Positions 1 to 8,428 of a stretch of 35,265 nucleotides of DNA are shown here, in pieces; the first letter of the stretch is position 1, and the number at the start of each line of letters is the position of its first letter. Under the pieces are notes generated by a model, which did not search any database, was not told the origin of the DNA, and was given only the letters and a program-made list of their open reading frames with translations. Both the position numbers and the translations under genes were made by a program. Location of the stretch: positions 1 through 35,265 of the forward strand of contig JAUYDD010000011.1 in NCBI GenBank assembly GCA_030704765.1, written 5' to 3'. The DNA is from Nanobdellota archaeon. Its GTDB lineage: Archaea > Nanobdellota > Nanobdellia > Pacearchaeales > GW2011-AR1.

Positions 1-56
1 TTTTTGCCACAGCTAAAAAATCGCCTGCTGGCGAGTGTGGTTTGATTGGCCCTTGT

Positions 57-139
57 TTTTAGGATGCTCGAGAATTGAAAACTGTAACATTTGCTACGAC
101 CACATGATAAATCATGAGGTTTTCAATTCTCGACATAAT
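57..139. repeat. Left copy of an inverted repeat whose partner is at the right window edge (35063-35265). The core is a hairpin at 68-133 with a 15-bp stem and 36-nt loop.
   Basis: The reverse complement of 65-139 matches 35063-35137 with one mismatch (130 vs 35072). 57-64 matches 35258-35265 on the far side of a 120-bp insertion in the right copy. Stem TCGAGAATTGAAAAC (68-82) pairs with GTTTTCAATTCTCGA (119-133). Confidence 0.85.
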
Positions 140-265
140 AAAAGTTTTTTTAGATGGATAAAAGCGGAAGCTCAACAACCGACCTTTTTGTGAACTAGCC
201 ATTTTGTCTTGGCGAAGGGCAGCAGCATCGAACACTTCAGTTAGCTTTTTACAGAAACTTTATTA

Positions 266-1162
266 TTAGAATCTCAACTTATCTTTTTTTAGAATGTTAA
301 TTAAGGAGCTAATAAAAGGCTTTAAGTCTTCCTGATATTGTGCTTTTTGAAGAACTTCATAATATTTGAATCTTCTTCTTTTTGGAATATTTATCATAGG
401 ATATTTATTTTTATGCAATATAAAATTTATTAATAATCTTCCAACTCTTCCATTTCCATCAACAAAAGGATGAATTTTTTCAAATTCAGTATGAAAGTAT
501 GAGGCTAAAACAATAGGATTCAATTTACTTTTATTTGTTGAACACCATTTTAACAAATGAGCCATTTTATTAGGTACCTCTGATGCGTTTGGAGGAACAC
601 TCCCACCTACAAATACTTGAACATTCCTGTATTTTCCTATTTGAGAAACTAAATCTTCTCTTAAGGTATTAAACACAACCAATCTATGCAGTTCTAATAT
701 AAATTCCTTGGTTAATTCTCTATTATAATTCAGCATGTAATCAAATGCTTTTTTATGATTTATGGTCTCATTAATCTCTCTTAAAGATTTTTCTTTAGGA
801 ACAATTCCTTCAAATAATAAAAAGGATGTTTCAGATAAAGTCAAAGTATTTCCTTCTATACCTGTTGAATCATAAGTAAAAAGTGAACAAAATGCTTCAT
901 ATCTATTTTCAAAATTTTCTTTTGGTTCTTTAGAAAAATCTTTTTTTATTTCTTCTAAAAACTTTATTTCTTCAACAGAAAGCATTGCCTCAAAAATTTT
1001 TAATTTTTTATCTGCATCTTTTTCCTTTTTTTTAAGTTCTTCTTTGTTTAGATTAACTCCTAAGTAAATTCTTTCTTTTCTTACTTTTTCCCCTTTTCTA
1101 ATTACCCTTACCCTGTAAAAATACTCTCTTCCTTTTTTTTCCTGAATTTCAGTATGTACCAT
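266..1162 (-). CDS. Fic/DOC-family protein (probable AMPylase-type Fic domain)
   Basis: 298-aa ORF with the canonical Fic motif HPFVDGNGRVGRLL (HxFx[DE]GNGRxxR). ATG start with a TATA-like box about 27 nt upstream. Confidence 0.85.
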   Translation of the reverse strand: MVHTEIQEKKGREYFYRVRVIRKGEKVRKERIYLGVNLNKEELKKKEKDADKKLKIFEAMLSVEEIKFLEEIKKDFSKEPKENFENRYEAFCSLFTYDSTGIEGNTLTLSETSFLLFEGIVPKEKSLREINETINHKKAFDYMLNYNRELTKEFILELHRLVVFNTLREDLVSQIGKYRNVQVFVGGSVPPNASEVPNKMAHLLKWCSTNKSKLNPIVLASYFHTEFEKIHPFVDGNGRVGRLLINFILHKNKYPMINIPKRRRFKYYEVLQKAQYQEDLKPFISSLINILKKDKLRF

Positions 1163-1170
1163 GAGCTTAT

Positions 1171-1212
1171 TATGACTACATGGTTTATATATTTTTCTAT
1201 CATGTAGTCATA
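1171..1212. promoter_or_regulatory. 12-bp perfect inverted repeat bracketing the TATA-like box of the Fic gene (putative operator)
   Basis: TATGACTACATG (1171-1182) and CATGTAGTCATA (1201-1212) flank an 18-nt spacer, GTTTATATATTTTTCTAT, located 9-50 nt upstream of the Fic ATG (1162, minus strand). Confidence 0.5.
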
Positions 1213-1268
1213 AAGAATTGTAGAAACAAATAGTTTTTATTCGCTTATGTGAAGCGGCGTTCTACCTT

Positions 1269-2453
1269 TCAAATATCAGAAGCGATTATAAATCCTTTTT
1301 TATCAACAAATTCTTTTGAAATTACATAAAATTCCCTTAATTTTAAACTATTTGCAATTCTTTTTAATTTTTTATAATCTTTTTCATCTCCCTTATTTTT
1401 AACTTCTAATGCTATGTTTTTTTCAGATAAAATAAAATCAATCTCTCCTCCGCTCCTTTTTTCATAGTATTTTATCTCTCCGTAATCCCTGAGGTTTGTA
1501 AAAATAGCATTTTCTAAAAGATTTCCCTCTTCGCATTTTCCAATATATCTTCCCATTCCATTATCACATATATAAATTTTTTTTGTCCCGCTTACTTCCC
1601 TATCTATACTTTTTGTTAATGGTGAGATTAGATTAATAAAATAAGTTTTCTCTAAAAAAGAGATATATGAGTAAATTGTTTCTCTTGAAACCCCAAGTTC
1701 GGATGATAATTTAGAGATGTCTAGTTTTGTTCCTATTCTTCTTAACAAAAGCAATAATAAATCTCTAAACTTATTTATTTCTTTAAAATCTGCTAAACCT
1801 TGTACGTCTTTTTCAAAATAAGATTTAAAAATATCTAGCAATAATTCTTTTTTCTTTTCAATGTTCTCTGCCAAAACAACCTGCGGAAATCCTCCAAACT
1901 CAAGGTATTCTTCATAAAGCTTTTTTGTTTTTTCGTATATTATTTTGTTTTTGTTTTTTTCTTTTTCCCTGAATTTTTCATAAAATTCCTTTTTATAATC
2001 TTTAAATAATAAAAATTCTTCAAAATCAAGTGGAAAAAGTTCAAAGATAATTTTTCTGCCAGATAGGCTTTCTGGAAATAAGTTCTTAAGATAAAAACTA
2101 CTTGAGCCTGTCAAAAAAAATTTCACATTATAATGGTCGTAGAGATATTTTACCACTTTAACAATATCCGGTTTTGCCTGAATTTCATCAAGGAAAATAA
2201 AAGCCTTGGTTTTATTGTCTATACCAAAAGATTTTAAATTTGCCCAGATATTATTATAGTCTTCTTCTTCGAAAATCTTTTGATTAAGAGGATTTTCCAT
2301 ATCGAAAAATCCTTTATTTTTAGTTTCTATTCTATCAAAAATCATACTAAAAAGAGTTGTTTTTCCAACTCTTCTCATTCCAGTTACAACTATAATCTCC
2401 TTATCCTTGATTCTTTGCATGAGTTTTTCAAAAAGCTTTCTCTTATATAACAT
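1269..2453 (-). CDS. AAA+ superfamily ATPase (AAA_14 + DUF4143-like architecture, from memory)
   Basis: 394-aa ORF with Walker A GMRRVGKTT and Walker B-like FIFLDEIQ. The C-terminal half resembles the wHTH/nuclease-like tail of archaeal DUF4143 ATPases. Not verified by search. Confidence 0.7.
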   Translation of the reverse strand: MLYKRKLFEKLMQRIKDKEIIVVTGMRRVGKTTLFSMIFDRIETKNKGFFDMENPLNQKIFEEEDYNNIWANLKSFGIDNKTKAFIFLDEIQAKPDIVKVVKYLYDHYNVKFFLTGSSSFYLKNLFPESLSGRKIIFELFPLDFEEFLLFKDYKKEFYEKFREKEKNKNKIIYEKTKKLYEEYLEFGGFPQVVLAENIEKKKELLLDIFKSYFEKDVQGLADFKEINKFRDLLLLLLRRIGTKLDISKLSSELGVSRETIYSYISFLEKTYFINLISPLTKSIDREVSGTKKIYICDNGMGRYIGKCEEGNLLENAIFTNLRDYGEIKYYEKRSGGEIDFILSEKNIALEVKNKGDEKDYKKLKRIANSLKLREFYVISKEFVDKKGFIIASDI

Positions 2454-2681
2454 TTTATACCTTACATATTTATATTAATTATGTAAGCTAATACCTTACA
2501 CTTTTTAAATGTTAGTATATATTTTATAAAAAGATATACTAGGAAAAGATGATTATTCATCAAAGACAGCAAATACTCCCTTGAGAAAATATAGTGGATG
2601 TTCAGGCCAAGGTTGCAGAGGGAAATATTAGGGAAATTAATTGATTGTTCTTTGGATATATTTATTATAGAAAAAGGGCAT

Positions 2682-2699
2682 GATTCCGGGCAGGAGGCG
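2682..2699 (+). repeat. Third, degenerate copy of the tRNA-Ser 3' end / att core, located upstream of the tRNA
   Basis: GATTCCGGGCAG (2682-2693) is identical to tRNA positions 4289-4300. It is followed by GAGGCGG, versus CGGCGT in the tRNA. This is a GC-rich 12-mer in a very AT-rich window. Confidence 0.6.
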
Positions 2700-2783
2700 G
2701 ATTTTTTATTTTCCTAAGAAAGGTGACCAAGAAGGTTCTCCATCAAAAGAAGCAAAATGATTTGTCAAGTTTTTTTGCTCACT

Positions 2784-4100
2784 TCAATCAGCATTCATGA
2801 AATAAATTTCATTATTAATATATCTCCAATTATTCCCTCTACTTGAAGAAAAGGCTATTTTCCTGCCATCAGGTGACCAAGAAGGTTTTTCCTCAAGAAA
2901 TGGAGTGTTTGTCAGTCTTTTTTGCTCACTTCCATCAGAGTTCATTACATAAATTTCATCATTTCCATCCCTATTTGATGTAAAAGCTATTTTCTTGCCA
3001 TCAGGTGACCATGAAGAAGATGAATCATGAGCTGGATTGTTTGTCAATCTCCTAGGTTCACTTCCATCTGAGTTCATGACATAAATTTCATAATTTCCGT
3101 CTCTATGTGATGTAAAAACTATTTTCTTCCCATCAGGTGACCAAGAATGAAATGCATCCCAAGCAGGATTATTTGTCAAGTTTTTCTGTTCAGTTCCATC
3201 AGAGTTCATGACATAAATTTCATGTTCACTATCTTTATATGACATAAAAGCTATTTTCTTCCCATCAGGAGAGCAAGAAGGAAGTTTATCTTCAACAGGA
3301 TTATTTGTCAATCTTTTCTGTTCAGTTCCATCAGAGTTCATGACATAAATTTCATAATTTCCATCTCTATGTGATGTGAAAACTATTTTCTTGCCATCAG
3401 GTGACCAAGAAGGAGATCCATCAAAAGCAGAGTTTTTTGTCAATCTTTTCTGATCACTTCCATTTGGATTCATAACATAAATTTCAAGATTTCTATCTCT
3501 ACCTGACATAAAAACTATTTTCTTGCCATCAGGTGACCAAGAAGTAGATACATCCCAATCAGGATTGTATGTCAATCTCTCCTGCACACTTCCATCAGCA
3601 TTCATAACATAAGCTTCATAATGTCCATCTCTTTTTGATTCAAAAGCTATTTTCTTGCCATCAGGTGACCAAGAAGGATATCCATTATAAGGAGGATTTT
3701 TTGTCAATCTTTTCAACATACTTCCATCCGAATTCATAACATAAATTTCATCAATTCCATCTCTATTTGAATCAAAAGCTATTTTCTTGCCATCAGGTGA
3801 CTAAGAAGGATGTCCATTATATATCGTTGGAAAATAAACAGGATTTTTTGTCAATCTTTTTTGCTCACTTCCATCAGCATTCATGAAATAAATTTCATCA
3901 ATTCTATCTATATTTGAATCAAAAGCTATTTTGGATTGTTTATATGATTTCTCTACCAAAAATGTAGATTCTCTTGATAAAGGTTCTTTTGCTACTTGTT
4001 GTGAATAAGTATTATAACCTGAAGCAACAGTTACTGCAAGCATTGCTGCTAAACCAAAATTTCTTAATCCTCTAACTAATTTTTCAAGACATCTTACCAT
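2784..4100 (-). pseudogene. PD40/TolB-like beta-propeller repeat protein with an N-terminal membrane anchor, interrupted by an in-frame TAG
   Basis: ORFs 3801-4100 and 2784-3737 are in the same frame. There are at least eight ~44-aa repeats (SWSPDGKKIAF..S.RDGN.EIYVMN.DGS..) with a 131-nt DNA period. The TAG at 3801-3803 sits exactly where the other repeats have the Trp codon (PSWSPDGKK becomes PS*SPDGKK). The N-terminus contains the hydrophobic stretch FGLAAMLAVTVASG. Confidence 0.7.
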
Positions 4101-4223
4101 TGATTGTCAATTATTCTATATTTTAAATATTTATTTGTGTTTTAGTGATATTATTCTTTCAACAATAATACTTAATATCATTTAAATATTAAGATGAAAC
4201 ACTGTTAAGTTGAAAAATCATCT

Positions 4224-4305
4224 GCCGCTGTGTGGGACAATGGTACTCCAACCGCTTTGAGAGCGGTGCCTTAACGGCCTCCCGGTTCGATTCCGGGCAG
4301 CGGCG
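4224..4305 (+). tRNA. tRNA-Ser: tRNA-Ser (anticodon UGA), class II with a long variable arm, no encoded CCA
   Basis: Acceptor stem GCCGCTG / CAGCGGC with discriminator G. Anticodon stem ACCGC/GCGGT with loop TTTGAGA (anticodon TGA). Variable arm GCC-TTAAC-GGC. T arm CCCGG-TTCGATT-CCGGG. Total length 82 nt. Confidence 0.9.
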
Positions 4306-4306
4306 T
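4294..4306 (+). repeat. attL core (overlaps the tRNA-Ser 3' end)
   Basis: CGGGCAGCGGCGT is identical to 34995-35007. Confidence 0.8.
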
Positions 4307-4369
4307 CCTAATAAAGTTCTATGCCGTTTTCGAGGGCGGTTTTAATAGCAGAAAAAAACGCTATTAAAC

Positions 4370-5566
4370 ATGGAACAGAAAATAGACATACATAATTATA
4401 AGGGTAGATTTGATAGTACAGTTAAAAGAATAAATGGATCTTTAGATATTTCTGATCAGGATAAACTAGCTATTAATAGGCTTAAGGATTATTGTATTTG
4501 CCAAGGTATCACCTATGGAAAGATTGATGCTTATCTTTTCTATGCTTCAAGGCTTGCTAGAATGCTCCATAAACCAATCGAACAAGCCACAAAAGAAGAT
4601 CTTATGAAAGTTGTAGCAGAACTTAATCAATCACATTATAGTGAGGAAACAAAAGTTTGTTTTAAAATTATGATCAGAAAGTTTTACAAAATGCTTAAGG
4701 GCATTGAAGAAAAAGGAAAATACCCTCCTGAGGTTGATTGGATAAATACTACAATTTCTAAAAATCATGAAAAACTGCCTGAAGAACTTTTAACAGAGGA
4801 AGAGGTTGAAAAAATAATTAGGTCTGCTCGAACTGTAAGAGATAAAGCGCTTCTTGCAGTTATTGCAGAATCTGGTTGTAGGGTTTCTGAAATAGGAACA
4901 ATGAAAATCAGACAAATCACATTTGAACAACACGGAGCTAGATTAACTGTTTCAGGAAAAACTGGAACTAGAAAAATTCTTGTTATTAGCACTACTCCTT
5001 ATTTAAGAGAGTGGCTAAACCAACATCCTTTAAATGACAATTCTGATGCTTATTTATGGTATAATTCTGGGAAAAATTCTTTTTTATCCTATGCAAGAAT
5101 AGCCCATATATTAAAAGCTGCAGCTAGTAAGGCTGGAATAAAAAAAAGAGTCTATCTTCATTTACTAAGACATACAAGAGCAACAAGAATGGCTAATATG
5201 ATGAGCGAAGCAGCAATGAAACAATATTTTGGATGGACTCAGAGTTCAAAGATGGCAAGTATTTATGTTCATATGTCTGGAAAAGATACTGATGATGCAA
5301 TATTAAAAGCAAATGGAATTGAAATTAAAAAAGAAGAATTCAAACAATGTTTAAAACCTCTTAATTGTGAAGGTTGCAAAACAATAAATGAGGCTACAAA
5401 CAGATTCTGCAAAGTATGTGGACTTCCATTAGTAAAAGAGGAAGCTCAAGAGATAATAAAAACAGATACAGAAAGAAAACAATATGATGAAATGATGATG
5501 AAAGCCTTAGCTGATCCAAGAATATTGGAGATTATTAAAGAGAAAATGAAAGGGATACAAAATTAA
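4370..5566 (+). CDS. Tyrosine recombinase / integrase with a C-terminal zinc ribbon
   Basis: 398 aa. Box I Arg in AESGCRVSEI, the HLLRHTRAT (HxxR) motif, and the catalytic Tyr in ASIYVHM. The C-terminus has CEGC...CKVC. The gene lies directly next to the tRNA/attL. Confidence 0.85.
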   Translation: MEQKIDIHNYKGRFDSTVKRINGSLDISDQDKLAINRLKDYCICQGITYGKIDAYLFYASRLARMLHKPIEQATKEDLMKVVAELNQSHYSEETKVCFKIMIRKFYKMLKGIEEKGKYPPEVDWINTTISKNHEKLPEELLTEEEVEKIIRSARTVRDKALLAVIAESGCRVSEIGTMKIRQITFEQHGARLTVSGKTGTRKILVISTTPYLREWLNQHPLNDNSDAYLWYNSGKNSFLSYARIAHILKAAASKAGIKKRVYLHLLRHTRATRMANMMSEAAMKQYFGWTQSSKMASIYVHMSGKDTDDAILKANGIEIKKEEFKQCLKPLNCEGCKTINEATNRFCKVCGLPLVKEEAQEIIKTDTERKQYDEMMMKALADPRILEIIKEKMKGIQN

Positions 5567-5573
5567 GGTTTTT

Positions 5574-5897
5574 TTAATCTTTTGTTTTATTTTCAACTAA
5601 CAATGAGATATAAGCAATTAAGCCACTTAGTCCAATTAAAGCCCAACCTAAAAAAATGTAAGGTTTATTTTGAAGTATCATTTCTTGAGTTAGTTGATCT
5701 GTCCAAGTAAAATATAATAATTTTGACATTGTTCCAATCATTATTGCTGTTGTAAAAGAAAATATGCAGTAACCTAAAAAGGTTACAAGATGTGACCTAT
5801 CAAAAAATTTACTTTTAAGTTTTATTACTCTAATAATTAAAGTTATAATCAGAAAAATAATACCAAGTACTATTGATAAATTATCAAATCTTATCAT
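5574..5897 (-). CDS. Small integral membrane protein (3-4 predicted TM segments), unknown function
   Basis: 107-aa ORF made of hydrophobic helices. It is tightly packed with the next small ORF upstream. Confidence 0.5.
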   Translation of the reverse strand: MIRFDNLSIVLGIIFLIITLIIRVIKLKSKFFDRSHLVTFLGYCIFSFTTAIMIGTMSKLLYFTWTDQLTQEMILQNKPYIFLGWALIGLSGLIAYISLLVENKTKD

Positions 5898-5899
5898 TT

Positions 5900-6067
5900 T
5901 TATCTTGAGGTAGCAAGTTTATATCCAAAAAATCCTGCTAGAAATCCTCCTATAACTGAGAATAATAATTTATATTGATAATCGTTGGGAAGTATCATAT
6001 TTATAAATATAAAACCACCAAAAAAACCTACTATTGAATATAAAAATTTCCTTTCTTGTCTATTCAT
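5900..6067 (-). CDS. Small membrane protein (55 aa), not in the supplied ORF track
   Basis: My own translation: MNRQERKFLYSIVGFFGGFIFINMILPNDYQYKLLFSVIGGFLAGFFGYKLATSR. The stop TAA at 5900-5902 lies 2 nt before the ATG of the 5574-5897 gene. Confidence 0.4.
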   Translation of the reverse strand: MNRQERKFLYSIVGFFGGFIFINMILPNDYQYKLLFSVIGGFLAGFFGYKLATSR

Positions 6068-6111
6068 AATATTCTAATGAATATTTAATTTAAAAATCCT
6101 TGCAATAATGA

Positions 6112-6381
6112 CTAATTCTCTTTATCTTCATATAAAAACATGAGTATAGGCAATACTTCTTTATTCATCTTCATCCTCTTTAATGTCTTTTCAAGTTCTT
6201 CGGATGACCGATGATAAATCATCTGATATGAAAAAGATGAGCGTTTTTCTTTTAATTTTGTAAATTCATTAAGAATTTCATTTTTCAATCTTATTGTATT
6301 CCAAGCCCTATTATTTTCATTATAACAGATTTTTCCATCTATATTAATTATTGTCTTAGGGATTAGAGGTTTTCTTTCCAT
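6112..6381 (-). CDS. Hypothetical protein (89 aa)
   Basis: ORF only, with no recognisable motif. It is divergent from the TrmB-led operon. Confidence 0.4.
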   Translation of the reverse strand: MERKPLIPKTIINIDGKICYNENNRAWNTIRLKNEILNEFTKLKEKRSSFSYQMIYHRSSEELEKTLKRMKMNKEVLPILMFLYEDKEN

Positions 6382-6540
6382 GTTCAGAGTATCACCCCTA
6401 ATAGCTATGATTTAAAATATATGAAATAATATAGTATATAAGTTAATAGCACTACTTCAGTAGTTCTATCCAAAGGTTTAAAAATACCATTTTTCTGCTT
6501 AGATTATCCCTGCGGGAAAATGAGTTCTGTGATAATTTAA

Positions 6541-7251
6541 ATGGAAAACGAAGCAAAATTACTAGGGCTAAATAGCTATGAATTCAGGGCATATCAAGCC
6601 TTGATTAGGTTAGGGAAAGCCACAGCACAAAAGATAAGCAAACTAAGTAGTGTTCCATCCAGTAGAATATATGATATATTATCTTCTCTTGAATCAAAGG
6701 GATATATTAAAACAATAAATGATAGGGTAAAGTATTTTATTGCCTCTGATCCTAAAGAAGTCATAAAATTTATTCAAAACAAAAAGAAAGAACTAGATAA
6801 TCTTGAGGTTGAATTTGGAAGGCTTGAACAGATTTATGATATTCAGGAAGAAGAACCTATACTCATTGTAAAAGGAAACAGAAATTTTCATAGACTTCTA
6901 AAGGAAAAACCAGAAGCTAAAAAATATAGATATACAATAAAATATAATTCTGTTGTAAATCCTGAATGGGTAAAAGGATATAAAAATAAATTAAAGAAAA
7001 AAGTTGATATTAAAAATCTAGTAAGATTTGATGAAAAAACCAGGAAAAATGTATTAAAATGGAAAGATGTTCTTCCTGAAATAAAGGCAATTGAAAATGA
7101 AGGAGTTTTGATGTCTTTAATTGATGATCATTATGTTATGATTGGATTAATTACTTCTAATTGTACCGTGGTAATAAAAAATGAAGCTTTTTGTAAGATC
7201 CTAAAAAAAATGTATCTTGCAACATATGAGAAAGCTGAGGTAATAAAATAA
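6541..7251 (+). CDS. TrmB-family transcriptional regulator
   Basis: N-terminus LGLNSYEFRAYQALIRLGKATAQKISKLSSVPSSRIYDILSSLESKGYI is a typical TrmB wHTH. It is the first gene of a 5-gene coupled operon. Confidence 0.75.
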   Translation: MENEAKLLGLNSYEFRAYQALIRLGKATAQKISKLSSVPSSRIYDILSSLESKGYIKTINDRVKYFIASDPKEVIKFIQNKKKELDNLEVEFGRLEQIYDIQEEEPILIVKGNRNFHRLLKEKPEAKKYRYTIKYNSVVNPEWVKGYKNKLKKKVDIKNLVRFDEKTRKNVLKWKDVLPEIKAIENEGVLMSLIDDHYVMIGLITSNCTVVIKNEAFCKILKKMYLATYEKAEVIK

Positions 7252-7252
7252 A

Positions 7253-8428
7253 ATGCAAACACAAAAATTTAAACTAAAACAACTGAATCAAAATATTTCT
7301 TGGAGTAAATTAAATGCAGTTTCAAAGGTTTATTTATTAGGAATTTATAGAGATATTTTAGCAAATGAGCAAATAAAAAAATGTCAGCTATTAAATGATA
7401 GAGATGTTTATTTTAAAGATTCAAATATGACTCTCCAAGGAACTTCTATCTCAGGGCTAAGTTCCCCATCTATTTTAGATAAACCTATTATTTTTGATAA
7501 AAATAATTCAGTTGAACAAAATTTAGATGATTTTACTACAATTTTAGCAGAGTGTTATTTAAAAAATATGAAAGAAGATCTAAAAGTTTTCAAAAAAGCT
7601 TTTCCAGATGATCTCGAGCAGTTTAGAAAAATAGGCACTTACTGGGTCGGTCATATAAGTGCTAAAATGTTAGGCTTAATTTTTAAACTTGATATTGATA
7701 TGGATAAAATAGACCCAAAAATATATGGAATTAATGTTCCATTTTATCAATTAATGAATAACTCTAAATATAATAAATTGAAAAAACAATATTTAGAAAA
7801 AACTGATAATCATTCAATTAAATTAATAACCAAAAAAAGTTTTATTTTATCAGATTCAACCGGAGCAAGAGGAATTGTAAATGATGTTAATTCAAAAGAA
7901 ATGAATAGAATAAGAATCCTGGTTCCTTCAAATATCAATAACATACTTTTGTTTATTTCTAAATTAACTGTTAAGAAAATTAATCTTTTAAAGAGTAAAT
8001 ATAAAGAAACTGAAAAATTAAATCTGAGATCATTGGCTTTAATCTGTAGTGATACAGATTCTCCTGATGGAATTTATAGAGAACTTGGATGGCACCCAAT
8101 TGAAGGTTATCCTTTAACTCCTGGTTGCTTTATTCTAGGGTCAACTGGTTCACTAGATTTATATTGTTTGCAAGCAAAATATATCTATAGATTATCTCTA
8201 GCTGCACAAGAAGAAATGAAAAATAGTATAACAAGCAACATAAAAGGAAAATATACTCCGGTAGTCTGGTTTGGAGCATTAAGCCTTCATGCCTTAACAG
8301 AACATAAAATAGTTGATACTAAAAAATTATCTGAATTAAGATATGATGGAGACTTTGATCCTAAAAAAGAATTCTTACACTGGTTAAATAAAGAAGGAAA
8401 AGAATATCTTAGAGGAGGATTAAAATGA
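7253..8428 (+). CDS. Hypothetical protein (391 aa), no recognisable motif
   Basis: Starts 1 nt after the TrmB stop. Its TGA overlaps the ATG of the next gene (ATGA). I could not find a KxDG ligase motif or a nucleotidyltransferase motif. Confidence 0.6.
   Translation: MQTQKFKLKQLNQNISWSKLNAVSKVYLLGIYRDILANEQIKKCQLLNDRDVYFKDSNMTLQGTSISGLSSPSILDKPIIFDKNNSVEQNLDDFTTILAECYLKNMKEDLKVFKKAFPDDLEQFRKIGTYWVGHISAKMLGLIFKLDIDMDKIDPKIYGINVPFYQLMNNSKYNKLKKQYLEKTDNHSIKLITKKSFILSDSTGARGIVNDVNSKEMNRIRILVPSNINNILLFISKLTVKKINLLKSKYKETEKLNLRSLALICSDTDSPDGIYRELGWHPIEGYPLTPGCFILGSTGSLDLYCLQAKYIYRLSLAAQEEMKNSITSNIKGKYTPVVWFGALSLHALTEHKIVDTKKLSELRYDGDFDPKKEFLHWLNKEGKEYLRGGLK

Noticed and set aside
68-133. The edge hairpin could be a degenerate CRISPR repeat-spacer unit. 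The stem arm ends in ATTGAAAAC, like many CRISPR repeat 3' ends, and the loop is 36 nt, a spacer-like length.
   Set aside because: The two arms are inverted, not direct, repeats. There is only one unit per locus, no array, no leader and no cas genes in the window. The second copy has the same 'spacer', which a CRISPR array would not.
164-245. A GC-richer patch containing GGGCAGCAGCATCGA could be a tRNA gene or a fourth att remnant.
   Set aside because: I could not fold a cloverleaf on either strand. Similarity to the att core is only about 9 of 10 nt over GGGCAGCGGC, with indels around it, which is too weak to call.
2784-2786. A TGA at a conserved Gly position could indicate genetic code 25 (UGA = Gly).
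   Set aside because: Very long ORFs (1404, 1011 and 780 aa) are uninterrupted under the standard code. TGA also clearly terminates several coupled genes through ATGA overlaps (at 8425, 9006, 18412, 18978 and 26803). TGA is therefore a stop codon here.
3801-3803. The in-frame TAG could be a pyrrolysine or other recoding site.
   Set aside because: It replaces an invariant Trp of a repeat by a single-nucleotide change. No pyl genes or recoding signals are visible. A mutation or sequencing error is the simpler explanation.
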